Shown here: piece after piece, positions 17,963 through 27,399 of the stretch
Position numbering within the stretch: the first letter of the stretch is position 1
Layout of the letters: each line of letters opens with the position of its first letter
Translations under genes and position numbers: made by a program
Notes under the pieces: generated by a model
The model's database searches: none
Told to the model about the DNA's origin: nothing
What the model saw: the letters and a program-made list of their open reading frames with translations, nothing else
Source of the DNA: a bacterium
GTDB lineage: Bacteria > JAHJDO01
Direction: 5' to 3'
Assembly (NCBI GenBank): GCA_018812485.1
Contig: JAHJDO010000103.1
Location: 3,929-67,928, forward strand
Length of the DNA: 64,000 nt

Positions 17963-17971
17963 GATTTCTCC

Positions 17972-19234
17972 TCATTTTTCTGATAACACAGCACGAGCAA
18001 CACGAAGTACATTACCGCCAATAATTTTTTGAATATCCCTATCCGAGTATCCACGTTGAACCAGTCCTACAGTAAAAAGAGGCCAGTTGGTCCATGCAAG
18101 ACTCTGGCGCTGTTTTTCCTGTCTCCATTTTGGATCAAAAAGAGGATCATTTTCAGGCCAAAAATTTTCAAAGCGTGGATGTATTCTACGGCGTTTTGGA
18201 ATTTTTGTCTTTTCTTTTTCAGAACTTTGTGATTTATAGCCTCTATCAGTCCCGATGGCAACATGATCCACACCAAACTTGCGAACTGCATATTCAATAT
18301 GGTCCAATAATGCGTTAATGTCTCCATTCCTACCCAAAAATGCAGGTATACAGCAGATACCAATATAACCGCCAGTGTCAGCAATTGTGCGAATTACTTC
18401 ATCCGGCTTTGCCCGGCAGTGTTTGTTAATTGTCAGGCATGTCGAATGACTGGCTACTACAGGACGATCAGAAACTTTAGCTGATTCCAGACTTGTCTGC
18501 CATCCGGAATGTGCAACATCAACAATCACACCTGTCCGGTTCATCTCATGTATCACAGCACGACCAAAATCACTTAACCCACTATTGCTTATTTCTGCAC
18601 AGCCATCGCCAAGCATATTACGGCGATTATAGGTAAGATGCATCATCCTGCATCCCAATTGAAAGAAAATTTTAATATAGGGAAGCTCTTCTTCTACAGA
18701 ATTCCATTGCTGCGTTAAAGGAACACCATTCAGGCTAAGATAAAAGCAATGACGTCCTTGTTTCTTTGTGAGGTCAATATCATCCGGAACAGTTGCTCTG
18801 TTTAGGAAATTACTCATCATGTCAGTAACATGAGTAAAACGTGCGAATCGCTTTATAAGCCGTAAAGGCGATGGTCCTTCCGCACCTGCATTCTGAAAAA
18901 CACAGGTTACTCCGGATGCCTCCCATGCTTCTTTGAATTCCTTCTGCTCGGTTTTATCAACTAAATGTTGCATCATATTCATCTCTTCCATCAAGTCCAC
19001 TAGTTCTATGTTAGACGCTCCTTCCTCAATAGCCTTACAAATAGCATCTCCGTCAACCGCAGAACTAGGAGCAAATCCATAGGAATCGCAGACAATGGAG
19101 TTTCGATGAAGTTCAAGTCCATGCTCTAGGTCTTTTTTAGATGGCTTAAGAATGCTAAGAGCTATTTGTCTTTTTTTATTTATTTTATTATTCATTAGTT
19201 TATTGCCCTCTCCAACTGTTAGCTTTTTTCTCAT
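17972..19234 (-). CDS. Peptidase M19 (renal/membrane dipeptidase) family protein, divergent N-terminus
   Basis: M19-like motifs are GCRMMHLTYNRRN, VDVAHS and AIGTDRGY. The likely true start is the Met at 19195, which is preceded by GGAGAGG. Confidence 0.5.
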   Translation of the reverse strand: MRKKLTVGEGNKLMNNKINKKRQIALSILKPSKKDLEHGLELHRNSIVCDSYGFAPSSAVDGDAICKAIEEGASNIELVDLMEEMNMMQHLVDKTEQKEFKEAWEASGVTCVFQNAGAEGPSPLRLIKRFARFTHVTDMMSNFLNRATVPDDIDLTKKQGRHCFYLSLNGVPLTQQWNSVEEELPYIKIFFQLGCRMMHLTYNRRNMLGDGCAEISNSGLSDFGRAVIHEMNRTGVIVDVAHSGWQTSLESAKVSDRPVVASHSTCLTINKHCRAKPDEVIRTIADTGGYIGICCIPAFLGRNGDINALLDHIEYAVRKFGVDHVAIGTDRGYKSQSSEKEKTKIPKRRRIHPRFENFWPENDPLFDPKWRQEKQRQSLAWTNWPLFTVGLVQRGYSDRDIQKIIGGNVLRVARAVLSEK

Positions 19235-19310
19235 TACTTTTTATAACTAAATCATTGCTATTTTCTGTTCTACCAAATTTCGTGTGGCAGTGTAAAATAC
19301 TTCCTATTTT

Positions 19311-22300
19311 TTATCCATCGCTAGGACGGCGAAGTAAGTAAAGCACAGTAGAACAAGGTGGGATATTAACCGTGAAGGAGGAAATTTCCTTGCCAATAAC
19401 TTTCTGAGCAAAAGCGTCGTACACATCCATAGGTTGGGGGAGAGAAATTATTTTCTTTCCTCCTTCCTTGGTGTGAATCGAGAGCATAGATTTATTGGCA
19501 TAGATGATGTCATTCTTAGTGTCCAGATATCGATGCACCCCAGCATACTCAAAGATGTTCTGAAGGACGTCCCGAGATACGAAAGGAATGGATATATATA
19601 TTGAGGTCCATCCTTTAAAATTTTTAAGGCAGAAAGCTGGTAATTTTTTACTCTTAAAAGGTTGCAATCCTAATACAGTTACTGTAGGGTCATCAACATA
19701 AAAAACAGGACCTTCTATTAATAACTCTTTACCAAAACAGGCAATCTCTTCCTTCTTGGTCCCTCCCGAAAAGGTCTCCAAATCCTTCAAAGAGAGGTCA
19801 TAATCTTTCCTCAAATTTATGTCCAGGAATAGTCTTAGGTAGTGAAGAGGAAAGGTAATCTCTTCAGGTTTAATAGGAGAATCTGGATGATACATACAGT
19901 AGTAGTCATCTTTGGCAAACATTACTTGCTGCCATTTCCCAGGAAGAACAATCTGAGGCCGAACACTCCAGAGTGTCTGCTTTCCATCCCATAAATGCAT
20001 CTGTAGACCAAAACTACTTGCCGCGGAATTTTTTACCCACATTCCTATAAAATCAAATTTCTTTATCCTTTCAGCAAAGATATTAGTGTCTACATAGTTC
20101 TTGAATATATTGGTAGGTGTGTAGCCACCTTGACCTCCGTGGAATTTCCATCTCATTACATTATTCTCTGCCTTCAAGGTATGATTCAAAAGTTTAAGTG
20201 ATTTGTGACTCCATTTATCTACATCGGTAAGTTCAGATAAGGAAGTGATTTTGCTAATGTTGGTTGGGAGTGTTCTTTTGATAGTGGGCAAACCCTGTGT
20301 CAAGGAATGAGATGCGGATATCTCTATTACCTGTGGAGCTTTTTCTCTGATAGATTTTACCTTCATACCTATCAAGCTAGAAATATTCTCATCAGATGCG
20401 CCTTCTTCATCAATGAAGCCAGGGGCATAAAGCCAGAGAATTACTTTATCATTTCTCTTAGTTACCTTCTCTATGCATAGGCGCTGTTCCTGGGTGAGGA
20501 CGAAGCAATTAAGAAATATATAGACCTTATAATCCGGCAATTCCTTCTTTCCCAGGTCATTGAGGAGAATTACATCAAACGGAATTCCGCATTTAAATAA
20601 TTCACTATGAATTTCAGTTGTCAAAATAGAAGTAAATGTTCTCGGATACTGTCCGTGTTCTAAATAATAAAGACTTTCTAAGTCATAAATTAAGGCTACT
20701 TCGCTCACTGAACCTCTATTTAATTCTAAGCTTTCCTGGGCAATCTCCTGCATCCTGGCTATATTCTCCATAATAATGGGGTCATCATACCAGCCTCCCC
20801 TTGGCTCTCTGCCAAAATCAGCCCACATGAATGCTACTCCCCAAGCCAGGCTGTGGCAGAACTGCCGGCGAATCTTGGCTATGGACTCAGTAAGATTGGC
20901 GGCCCAGCAGAAATCCTTAGACGCAATATGAGTTCTAATATCTGCGTCTTGGATAGATAGTTTTCCATGTAATCTCATACTCTCAACACTATGCCTTAAC
21001 TGTCCATCGCCACCCATCATCCGTTTCTTATATACAGATGGAGAAATGAAGTAATCCACCAGTGGGGAAGAAAGGACTTTTTCTTGAGCACCATGCCCGA
21101 ATTCAGGTGGGTACATGCACATCCCAAAAAGATAGCCATAATAGACTCCATAGAGCACGCGCTGGTTAGTTTCTTCCTTAACAATTTTCCCAAAATAAAG
21201 AATGTCTTCGGCAATTACTTCATCATGGCAATGATAGTAATCAAGAACCTTGCACTCTTTATGAGGATCCTTGAAGACGAGAAGAGAATTAGTCAGTCTC
21301 TCTTTCTTGTCGGGAATGGTGGCATTTTCAAAATTAACTGCAGGGTCTCCCCATGCTTTTTTTAAGAGAGATACACTTCCATACTTTTTTCTGAGCCATT
21401 CCCGGAATTTTTGGGTCATTGCTTTCCCTGTATCGGGCATATCCCATCGTTGTCCATAATAATACCACTCTGAAGTACCGCCATAGCGTGTTTCACAGCT
21501 AATTATCCTTTTGCCCCACTGTGTTCCTTCCAGATGTTTTATCCAATCTCTCAATACCTGACCAACTTCCTCTCTCCACACTTTCGAGGCAAGAGATGCT
21601 CTCTTTGCTCTGCCTGACTCATCAGCGGCAGGAACCACGGGTCCGGTAGCGTATCCTATCCATTCATCAGGGTGTTTATCCATCCACCAATCAGGAGGCT
21701 CCAGTGAAAGAGAAAATAGAATGAAGGCTTGGGGATCAATGCTTATTATTCTTCTCATCTCGTTATCCGAAGCGGTAAAATCATACTCCCCTGGAGAAAG
21801 CCATGTTTTTTTAAGGATAACAATTAGTTCATATATATGCACACCTGCTTTCTTAAAATTTTCAATCTGTCTTTCTCCGCAAGAGCTAAAGGGGCCTGAG
21901 TATGGGTTAAGGTAATATATGGCTGGATAGGGCTTCTCATTAATGATAAAAGCAGGGAAACCTCTTGAGAGATCAATTCTGCAGGAAGCCTTCTTTTCCT
22001 TATTCAAAAAATTTAGGGGCCCAATCAATTTTTCTTTTGCCATTCTCCTTTGAGCAAGTTCATGAGTATCTGCAAAGAGTTGATTGTCGAATCTATCAGC
22101 CCAGGGAGCCGAGAAAGCATCCCCTATAATATAACCTTTTTTCCATGAGGAATCATCAAAAGAGGAGGTCATCCATGATTTATCAATTTTTTTACTAACT
22201 TTCCAGCTCGAATCCGAGAAAAGAAATTGTTTATCTCCTGAGGAAAGTTCGAGAATTCCCTTTAACATGAGAGCAGCCATTGAGCCCTCATTATATGCCT

Positions 22301-23975
22301 CGACTGCTATTATATTAGTGCCCTCTTTAAGAGAATGGCTAATATCGTATTTCATTACCTTCTGCCAATCATCACTCTTCCCTATCTCTTTACCATTTAC
22401 ATATAAATTGAAAGCGTTGTCAGCAGTTATCCAGAGAGAAGAGGACTTTACCGGATGTATAATCTTGAAACTTTTCCTGAAGTACCGCCATTGCTTGCGG
22501 CAACTCAGTGATGGGTCCTCAGGATACCATATCCATCTTGCCTTGGTAAGAAGCGGTTTTTCCTTCACTTTCTCTAAAGGGAAAAAAGTGCGGACTACAT
22601 TGGAGATTTCAACCTCATCGATAATACCATTGAATGGCTCACGTGAATCACTACCAGCGCCAATAGTCACATTCGTCACGTTGGCAGCAATCTTATAGTC
22701 ACTCAGATTCCTCAGGATTGTCGATTTAACACACAAACCATTTATGTAAAGATTCACCGCTCTCGTTTCAGAATCATAGGTTCCCGCAATATGGTACCAC
22801 CGATCAGCAATAAGAATAGAGTCTGAAGCAATTACCTCCTTGATATTTCCAAGATTCAATTCCATCAGGAATTGATCTCCATTTACCAAAAGCCGGTAAC
22901 TATCTAACTTAGAGATTATCCGCTGATTTACAAAGCGTCGTTCCTTAATACATATCCAGGCTTGGAGAGTAATTTTATCTGTGATGTTCAGACCAGAAGA
23001 CCAAGGCATTTTAATGTAGTCATCTACACCATCAAAGAGCAGTCCACCATTTAACTTACCTGTAGTCCAGTTAGCACCGTTAATCATCCCATGATTGGCA
23101 TAAGCACTACTATCTGAAGCTTTATCTCCGCTTCCCTCATCTAAATGTAGCAACACTGCATCCTCATCGAGTTTAACAGTAAAAAAGGCACGAACAGTAT
23201 TCGAAATCCTGACTTCATCTATCATTCCATCGAAAAAACATGAACCACCAAACCTGGTTCTTGCTCCTATGGCTAAATCCCAATTAGCTTGTGCTGGTGC
23301 ATGGTCCCAATTTAAACTCTTAAGCAACGCTCCATCTAAATAAATCTTTAATTGCTTTCCAGTCCAAACACCAGCCACATGATGCCAACGATTATCCCTC
23401 AAGTCTGGACCTCCTGTCACTCCGCCACAGGTATCCAGACCAGACATTATGTTAAATCTTATAACACCATTATAAAGAGATAAAGTATAGCCCCGGGTAC
23501 CGGCTGGACTATAAATACCTGGAGTTGTTGAAATATAATCATATTTATCTACAATCATATTACGTTCAGCAACCCCTCTTGCCTTAATCCATGCTTCTAT
23601 GGTGAATGGCTCCTGTAAATCAAGAGCAGACTCAGCGGCACTGTCATCAATCCTCACAAAACTTGAGGTGCCATTAAATTCTAACCCATTTCCAAATTTA
23701 CCTTCAATCCAACTTGGTTGGGTCGTACCCTCCGTTGTTCCATTAAAGCTATTAGCACTTGGGTCATGCACCGTGTTCCCACCTCCCTCATCCATATGTA
23801 AAAGTAGAACTGTATTCTTATCAATTTCAAAGGGTTTTGGTCCGATGTCTTTTATTGGTTCCTGCTCAGTTTCTTTTATAGTAGCCCCCTTAAACGGGTT
23901 TACATCATCTGCCATTATTGTACCAACCTGACCAAAAATAAAAACTGCCATCAAAAAATACTTTAACCTTTTCAT
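19311..23975 (-). CDS. Giant secreted multidomain protein (1554 aa): signal peptide, two concanavalin-A/LamG lectin-like domains and a probable TIM-barrel glycosidase-like region
   Basis: It has an N-terminal signal peptide MKRLKYFLMAVFIFGQVGTIMA. Two LamG-like segments are present (HMDEGGGNTVHDPSANSFNGT... and LHLDEGSGDKASDSSAYANHG...). An AAAGGAGAA RBS precedes the start. Confidence 0.55.
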   Translation of the reverse strand: MKRLKYFLMAVFIFGQVGTIMADDVNPFKGATIKETEQEPIKDIGPKPFEIDKNTVLLLHMDEGGGNTVHDPSANSFNGTTEGTTQPSWIEGKFGNGLEFNGTSSFVRIDDSAAESALDLQEPFTIEAWIKARGVAERNMIVDKYDYISTTPGIYSPAGTRGYTLSLYNGVIRFNIMSGLDTCGGVTGGPDLRDNRWHHVAGVWTGKQLKIYLDGALLKSLNWDHAPAQANWDLAIGARTRFGGSCFFDGMIDEVRISNTVRAFFTVKLDEDAVLLHLDEGSGDKASDSSAYANHGMINGANWTTGKLNGGLLFDGVDDYIKMPWSSGLNITDKITLQAWICIKERRFVNQRIISKLDSYRLLVNGDQFLMELNLGNIKEVIASDSILIADRWYHIAGTYDSETRAVNLYINGLCVKSTILRNLSDYKIAANVTNVTIGAGSDSREPFNGIIDEVEISNVVRTFFPLEKVKEKPLLTKARWIWYPEDPSLSCRKQWRYFRKSFKIIHPVKSSSLWITADNAFNLYVNGKEIGKSDDWQKVMKYDISHSLKEGTNIIAVEAYNEGSMAALMLKGILELSSGDKQFLFSDSSWKVSKKIDKSWMTSSFDDSSWKKGYIIGDAFSAPWADRFDNQLFADTHELAQRRMAKEKLIGPLNFLNKEKKASCRIDLSRGFPAFIINEKPYPAIYYLNPYSGPFSSCGERQIENFKKAGVHIYELIVILKKTWLSPGEYDFTASDNEMRRIISIDPQAFILFSLSLEPPDWWMDKHPDEWIGYATGPVVPAADESGRAKRASLASKVWREEVGQVLRDWIKHLEGTQWGKRIISCETRYGGTSEWYYYGQRWDMPDTGKAMTQKFREWLRKKYGSVSLLKKAWGDPAVNFENATIPDKKERLTNSLLVFKDPHKECKVLDYYHCHDEVIAEDILYFGKIVKEETNQRVLYGVYYGYLFGMCMYPPEFGHGAQEKVLSSPLVDYFISPSVYKKRMMGGDGQLRHSVESMRLHGKLSIQDADIRTHIASKDFCWAANLTESIAKIRRQFCHSLAWGVAFMWADFGREPRGGWYDDPIIMENIARMQEIAQESLELNRGSVSEVALIYDLESLYYLEHGQYPRTFTSILTTEIHSELFKCGIPFDVILLNDLGKKELPDYKVYIFLNCFVLTQEQRLCIEKVTKRNDKVILWLYAPGFIDEEGASDENISSLIGMKVKSIREKAPQVIEISASHSLTQGLPTIKRTLPTNISKITSLSELTDVDKWSHKSLKLLNHTLKAENNVMRWKFHGGQGGYTPTNIFKNYVDTNIFAERIKKFDFIGMWVKNSAASSFGLQMHLWDGKQTLWSVRPQIVLPGKWQQVMFAKDDYYCMYHPDSPIKPEEITFPLHYLRLFLDINLRKDYDLSLKDLETFSGGTKKEEIACFGKELLIEGPVFYVDDPTVTVLGLQPFKSKKLPAFCLKNFKGWTSIYISIPFVSRDVLQNIFEYAGVHRYLDTKNDIIYANKSMLSIHTKEGGKKIISLPQPMDVYDAFAQKVIGKEISSFTVNIPPCSTVLYLLRRPSDG

Positions 23976-24061
23976 AGATAATTCTCCTTTTTTTCTGTAT
24001 ATTTTTACTCATCATTACATAATTTACAGCATTTTTTAGCAAAGGTTGCATTTTAGATGAT

Positions 24062-24715
24062 TCAATACGTGGGTAATGTCATGGCAGCGGTAACCTTATC
24101 ATGAAGCATCCACTCTACATGGCCATCAGAGAAGAGAAGATTTAGCCCCCCAGAATGATAGTCTCCGAGTCTTCCGAGGGAAGCACTATCAGTACCTGCA
24201 TATCCACAGGTGCCAGGTTTCATACGAGGATCAAAGGAGGTGAAGTCACCAAAAGACTGTATTGAATCAGCTATAACCCATTTATTAGTAGGATTTTTAA
24301 CGTGATTTTCTTTTACATAATTGAAAACACCTCCTGTATATATCCCAAAATTGAGGTTGTAGGTATAGGTAAAACTTCCGGCACCAGCCCAATTCGCACT
24401 TGGACAACGCCTAACCCCCTCTATTTGAGAACCTATATAGGGAGCCAATGGGCCATCAGAGAAAAACCAGTAGTGAAAGTCAGGTCCTCCATTTCCTATG
24501 GGGAAATATCCATCGTAGTCATCTATGTACATTGTAACAGCCAAGCCCCATTGCCTCAGGTTAGAGATGCATTTTATCCTTCTAGCCATTTCCCTTGCTC
24601 CAGTAAGCGCAGGCAAAAGCAGTGATGCAAGCAGAGCAATAATAGCTATTACGACCAAAAGCTCAATAAGCGTAAATCCGACACTCTCAAACTTATCCCT
24701 CATCCATTTCATCAT
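24062..24715 (-). CDS. Type II secretion/type IV pilin-like pseudopilin with a C-terminal DUF1559 (H-X9-DG) domain
   Basis: The prepilin leader plus N-methylation site reads [25 protein letters not shown]. The C-terminal motif is [14 protein letters not shown]. The start at 24715 is preceded by AAGAGGAGGAA, and the ORF-track 5' extension is untranslated leader. Confidence 0.75.
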   Translation of the reverse strand: MMKWMRDKFESVGFTLIELLVVIAIIALLASLLLPALTGAREMARRIKCISNLRQWGLAVTMYIDDYDGYFPIGNGGPDFHYWFFSDGPLAPYIGSQIEGVRRCPSANWAGAGSFTYTYNLNFGIYTGGVFNYVKENHVKNPTNKWVIADSIQSFGDFTSFDPRMKPGTCGYAGTDSASLGRLGDYHSGGLNLLFSDGHVEWMLHDKVTAAMTLPTY

Positions 24716-24806
24716 AATTTGTTTCCTCCTCTTTTGGAGAACAATTGTAGCATATAGCAAATAGTTTTAACAAACTATAAGGATTTTAAGAAAAACTAGG
24801 AGGATT

Positions 24807-25697
24807 TTAGGATTTTCTGTATTCACTGGGGGAGGTTTTGATAAGCTCTTTGAACATCCTGGCAAAGTAACTGGAATCATGAAAACCTACTTCAAAACAT
24901 ACATCCGTGACGGATTTATCAGTATTTGAAAGTAAGTCACACGCTTTTTGTATGCGATAATTTGTTACATATTCCATTGGGGTCATGCCGCTTATGTCTT
25001 TAAATACCTTGCAGAAATAGTTTGTCTGCAAATAGCCAATATCAGCCAGATCCTTCAGGTGGATATCCTTATCGTAATTGTCTTCAACATATCTTATGAC
25101 CCTGAAACAAGTTTCCCTTTTTGTGGATATGTCTTTATCAATGTTTTTCTGTTTCTGGTAGTCTGAATAAAACCTGCAGACATTTACTATAAGTTCAAAT
25201 ATATATGCCTTAATCAAAATATTATATCCTTCAGGTTCTTTTTCTATTTCATTCACTGTCTTATTCAATATAGCTTCTACAAATTTAGATTGTTCGCTGG
25301 TAAGATGAAGTTTATATTTAAAATCTGTTTCTTTTCTATAAAAGGGCTCTATATAGAATAAGTCGTTAAAACTGTCTATATCTTTAAGCTTGCTTCTAAT
25401 TTCCTTTTTAAATACAGCTGAGTCTATCAGGATGTTCACTAACTCTAAATTATCTGCATTCTTATAACCATGCGCTTGTTCAGGAGTAATTACAAAAAAA
25501 TCGCCCACTGTGACAGGAAATTCTGCGTTTTTTGATTTTTTATTTTCGCCTTGCATCTGAATAACATTAATCCCCTTTCCTCTTAATATGTAAACCAGTT
25601 CTATAAAGTCATGTGTATGTAATTCAAGATCTAACTGCTCAAGTTTAAAAACATATATCTCTAGGTCTTTTTTAAAACGCTTTTTTGATGATTTCAT
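24807..25697 (-). CDS. AraC-family transcriptional regulator (cupin sensor plus HTH)
   Basis: The C-terminal HTH_AraC reads YVEDNYDKDIHLKDLADIGYLQTNYFCKVFKDISGMTPMEYV. The N-terminal part is cupin-like. Confidence 0.75.
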   Translation of the reverse strand: MKSSKKRFKKDLEIYVFKLEQLDLELHTHDFIELVYILRGKGINVIQMQGENKKSKNAEFPVTVGDFFVITPEQAHGYKNADNLELVNILIDSAVFKKEIRSKLKDIDSFNDLFYIEPFYRKETDFKYKLHLTSEQSKFVEAILNKTVNEIEKEPEGYNILIKAYIFELIVNVCRFYSDYQKQKNIDKDISTKRETCFRVIRYVEDNYDKDIHLKDLADIGYLQTNYFCKVFKDISGMTPMEYVTNYRIQKACDLLSNTDKSVTDVCFEVGFHDSSYFARMFKELIKTSPSEYRKS

Positions 25698-25875
25698 GAT
25701 GGTTTTTTATTTATACAATATAAATACTAACACATTTTGAACAAATTTAAAAATTTTTACTCAGTGCTCCCTATTATTGACATTTATTTTGCTAGTATCA
25801 ATATCTATCAAAACTATTCTATAAGGAGGGGAGTAAATGGCTTTATTATTTTACATTACCTAGACAGCGCATCAT

Positions 25876-25904
25876 TTGATTTATTATACTCCATGAGATA
25901 TAAT
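25876..25904 (+). promoter_or_regulatory. Putative purN promoter TTGATT-17-TATAAT, 8 nt upstream of the ATG
   Basis: The -35 box is at 25876-25881 and the -10 box at 25899-25904. The purN ATG is at 25913 with no SD, so the leader is 0-2 nt long. Confidence 0.4.
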
Positions 25905-25912
25905 CAAAAACC

Positions 25913-26539
25913 ATGATGGAAAAAGCGAAATTAGGGGTTTTGGTATCAGGCAGAGGATCCAATCTTCAGTCTATTATTGATAATATTGGAAAAGGGAAAT
26001 TGAATGCGGAAATAGCTGTTGTTATAAGTGATGTAAAGAATGCCTATGCTCTGGAAAGGGCAAGGAAATATAATATAAAAACATGTTTTGTCAATCCCAA
26101 AGATTTTAAAAACCGCGGCGGATTTTTTGATGAAATAGCAAAAACTCTGGAAGAAAACAATGTCGAATATGTGATTCTTGCAGGATTTATGAGAATAATT
26201 CCTTTATCACTAATAAATGTATATAAAAATAAAATGTTGAATATTCATCCTGCGCTGCTTCCTTCTTTTCCAGGGTTGGGCGTGCAGAAAAAAGCACTGG
26301 AATATGGAGTGAAATATTCTGGCTGTACAGTGCATTTTGTTGATGAAGGATGTGATACAGGGCCCATAGTTCTTCAGGCAGTTGTTCCTGTGCTTGAGGA
26401 TGATACTGAGGAAACTCTATCTCAGCGTATCCTTAAAGAAGAACACAGAATTTATCCGGAGGCTATTGATAGGGTTATAAATGGTAAGGTAAAGATTGTG
26501 GGGAGAAGGGTAGAAAGTTATGAAAAAGAAACTATTTAA
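25913..26539 (+). CDS. purN: Phosphoribosylglycinamide formyltransferase
   Basis: The N-terminus LGVLVSGRGSNLQSII is typical of PurN. HPALLPSF is present. Size is 208 aa. Confidence 0.85.
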   Translation: MMEKAKLGVLVSGRGSNLQSIIDNIGKGKLNAEIAVVISDVKNAYALERARKYNIKTCFVNPKDFKNRGGFFDEIAKTLEENNVEYVILAGFMRIIPLSLINVYKNKMLNIHPALLPSFPGLGVQKKALEYGVKYSGCTVHFVDEGCDTGPIVLQAVVPVLEDDTEETLSQRILKEEHRIYPEAIDRVINGKVKIVGRRVESYEKETI

Positions 26540-27386
26540 CAAAGTTTGCATATTTGGTGTTGGACTTATTGGCGGTTCTATCGGTATGGCGATTAAAAAG
26601 GATGGATTAGCTGATGAAGTTATCGGTATTGGCAGAAATATTGCAAAACTTGAAAAAGCTGTTTTAGCGGGAGCAGTTGATAGGGTTACGACTGATTATA
26701 TAGCAGAGGTTAGGGATGCGGATCTGGTAATTCTGTCAATGCATATAAAATCCTCTATTGAAGCTGCAAAAAAAATAGCACCTTTTTTAAAAAAAGACGC
26801 AGTAGTTACTGACGTAGAAAGCACAAAAGAACTGTTTTGTAAGAAGATACAGGAGATACTGCCTGATGGAATACATTTTGTTGGTGCTCATCCAATAGCT
26901 GGCTTGGAAAGACACGGTGTTGATGTTGCAACCAATAGATTATTTGATGGAACAGTATGTATAATTACAAAAACCTCAAAAACAAATAAAGATGCGCTCC
27001 TAAAAGTTAAAAAGCTATGGAACAAAATAGGAGCCAGTGTTGTATTTTTCTCTCCAAGTCAACATGATAAGCTGGTTGCTCTTACAAGTCATCTGCCTCA
27101 TATAGCAGCTGTATCACTTGTTAATGCTCTGGGCAAAACAGAGACGGTAGATAAAGATTTAAAACTTGTCATTGGAAAAGGGTTTAAAGACACAACCAGA
27201 ATTGCTTCAAGTTCTCCAGAGATGTGGCAGGAGATATGTATAACAAATAAAAAGAATATCTTAGATGCTTTATCGAGATTCCAAAGAGAACTGGATAAGA
27301 TATACAAATTAATAAACAAATCTGACAGAGAAGGACTGACTAAAGAGCTTGAAAAAGCAAAATCTCTCAGAACTAGTTTGAAGTAA
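26520..27386 (+). CDS. tyrA: Prephenate dehydrogenase
   Basis: It has the NAD-binding motif ICIFGVGLIGGSIGMA and a TyrA-family C-terminal domain. It overlaps purN by 20 nt. Confidence 0.75.
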   Translation: MKKKLFNKVCIFGVGLIGGSIGMAIKKDGLADEVIGIGRNIAKLEKAVLAGAVDRVTTDYIAEVRDADLVILSMHIKSSIEAAKKIAPFLKKDAVVTDVESTKELFCKKIQEILPDGIHFVGAHPIAGLERHGVDVATNRLFDGTVCIITKTSKTNKDALLKVKKLWNKIGASVVFFSPSQHDKLVALTSHLPHIAAVSLVNALGKTETVDKDLKLVIGKGFKDTTRIASSSPEMWQEICITNKKNILDALSRFQRELDKIYKLINKSDREGLTKELEKAKSLRTSLK

Positions 27387-27399
27387 AAAGATAGGATTT

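Noticed and set aside
22267-22698. 143-aa plus-strand ORF inside the giant LamG gene. The same applies to other antisense or overlapping ORFs in the track, for example 47701-48153, 35536-35925, 29571-29900, 30022-30666 and 44675-45022.
   Set aside because: Each is fully embedded antisense or out of frame within a long, well-supported gene. None has an RBS or a recognisable motif, and they are low-complexity translations of the opposite strand.
24716-24760. N-terminal extension ([15 protein letters not shown]) of the DUF1559 pseudopilin ORF. There are similar extensions for the araC ORF (3161-3175), the corrinoid ORF (3927-3944) and the dipeptidase-like ORF (19196-19234).
   Set aside because: Strong SD sequences sit immediately before internal Met codons, and homology begins there. 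The track's upstream starts are alternative or TTG codons without an RBS.
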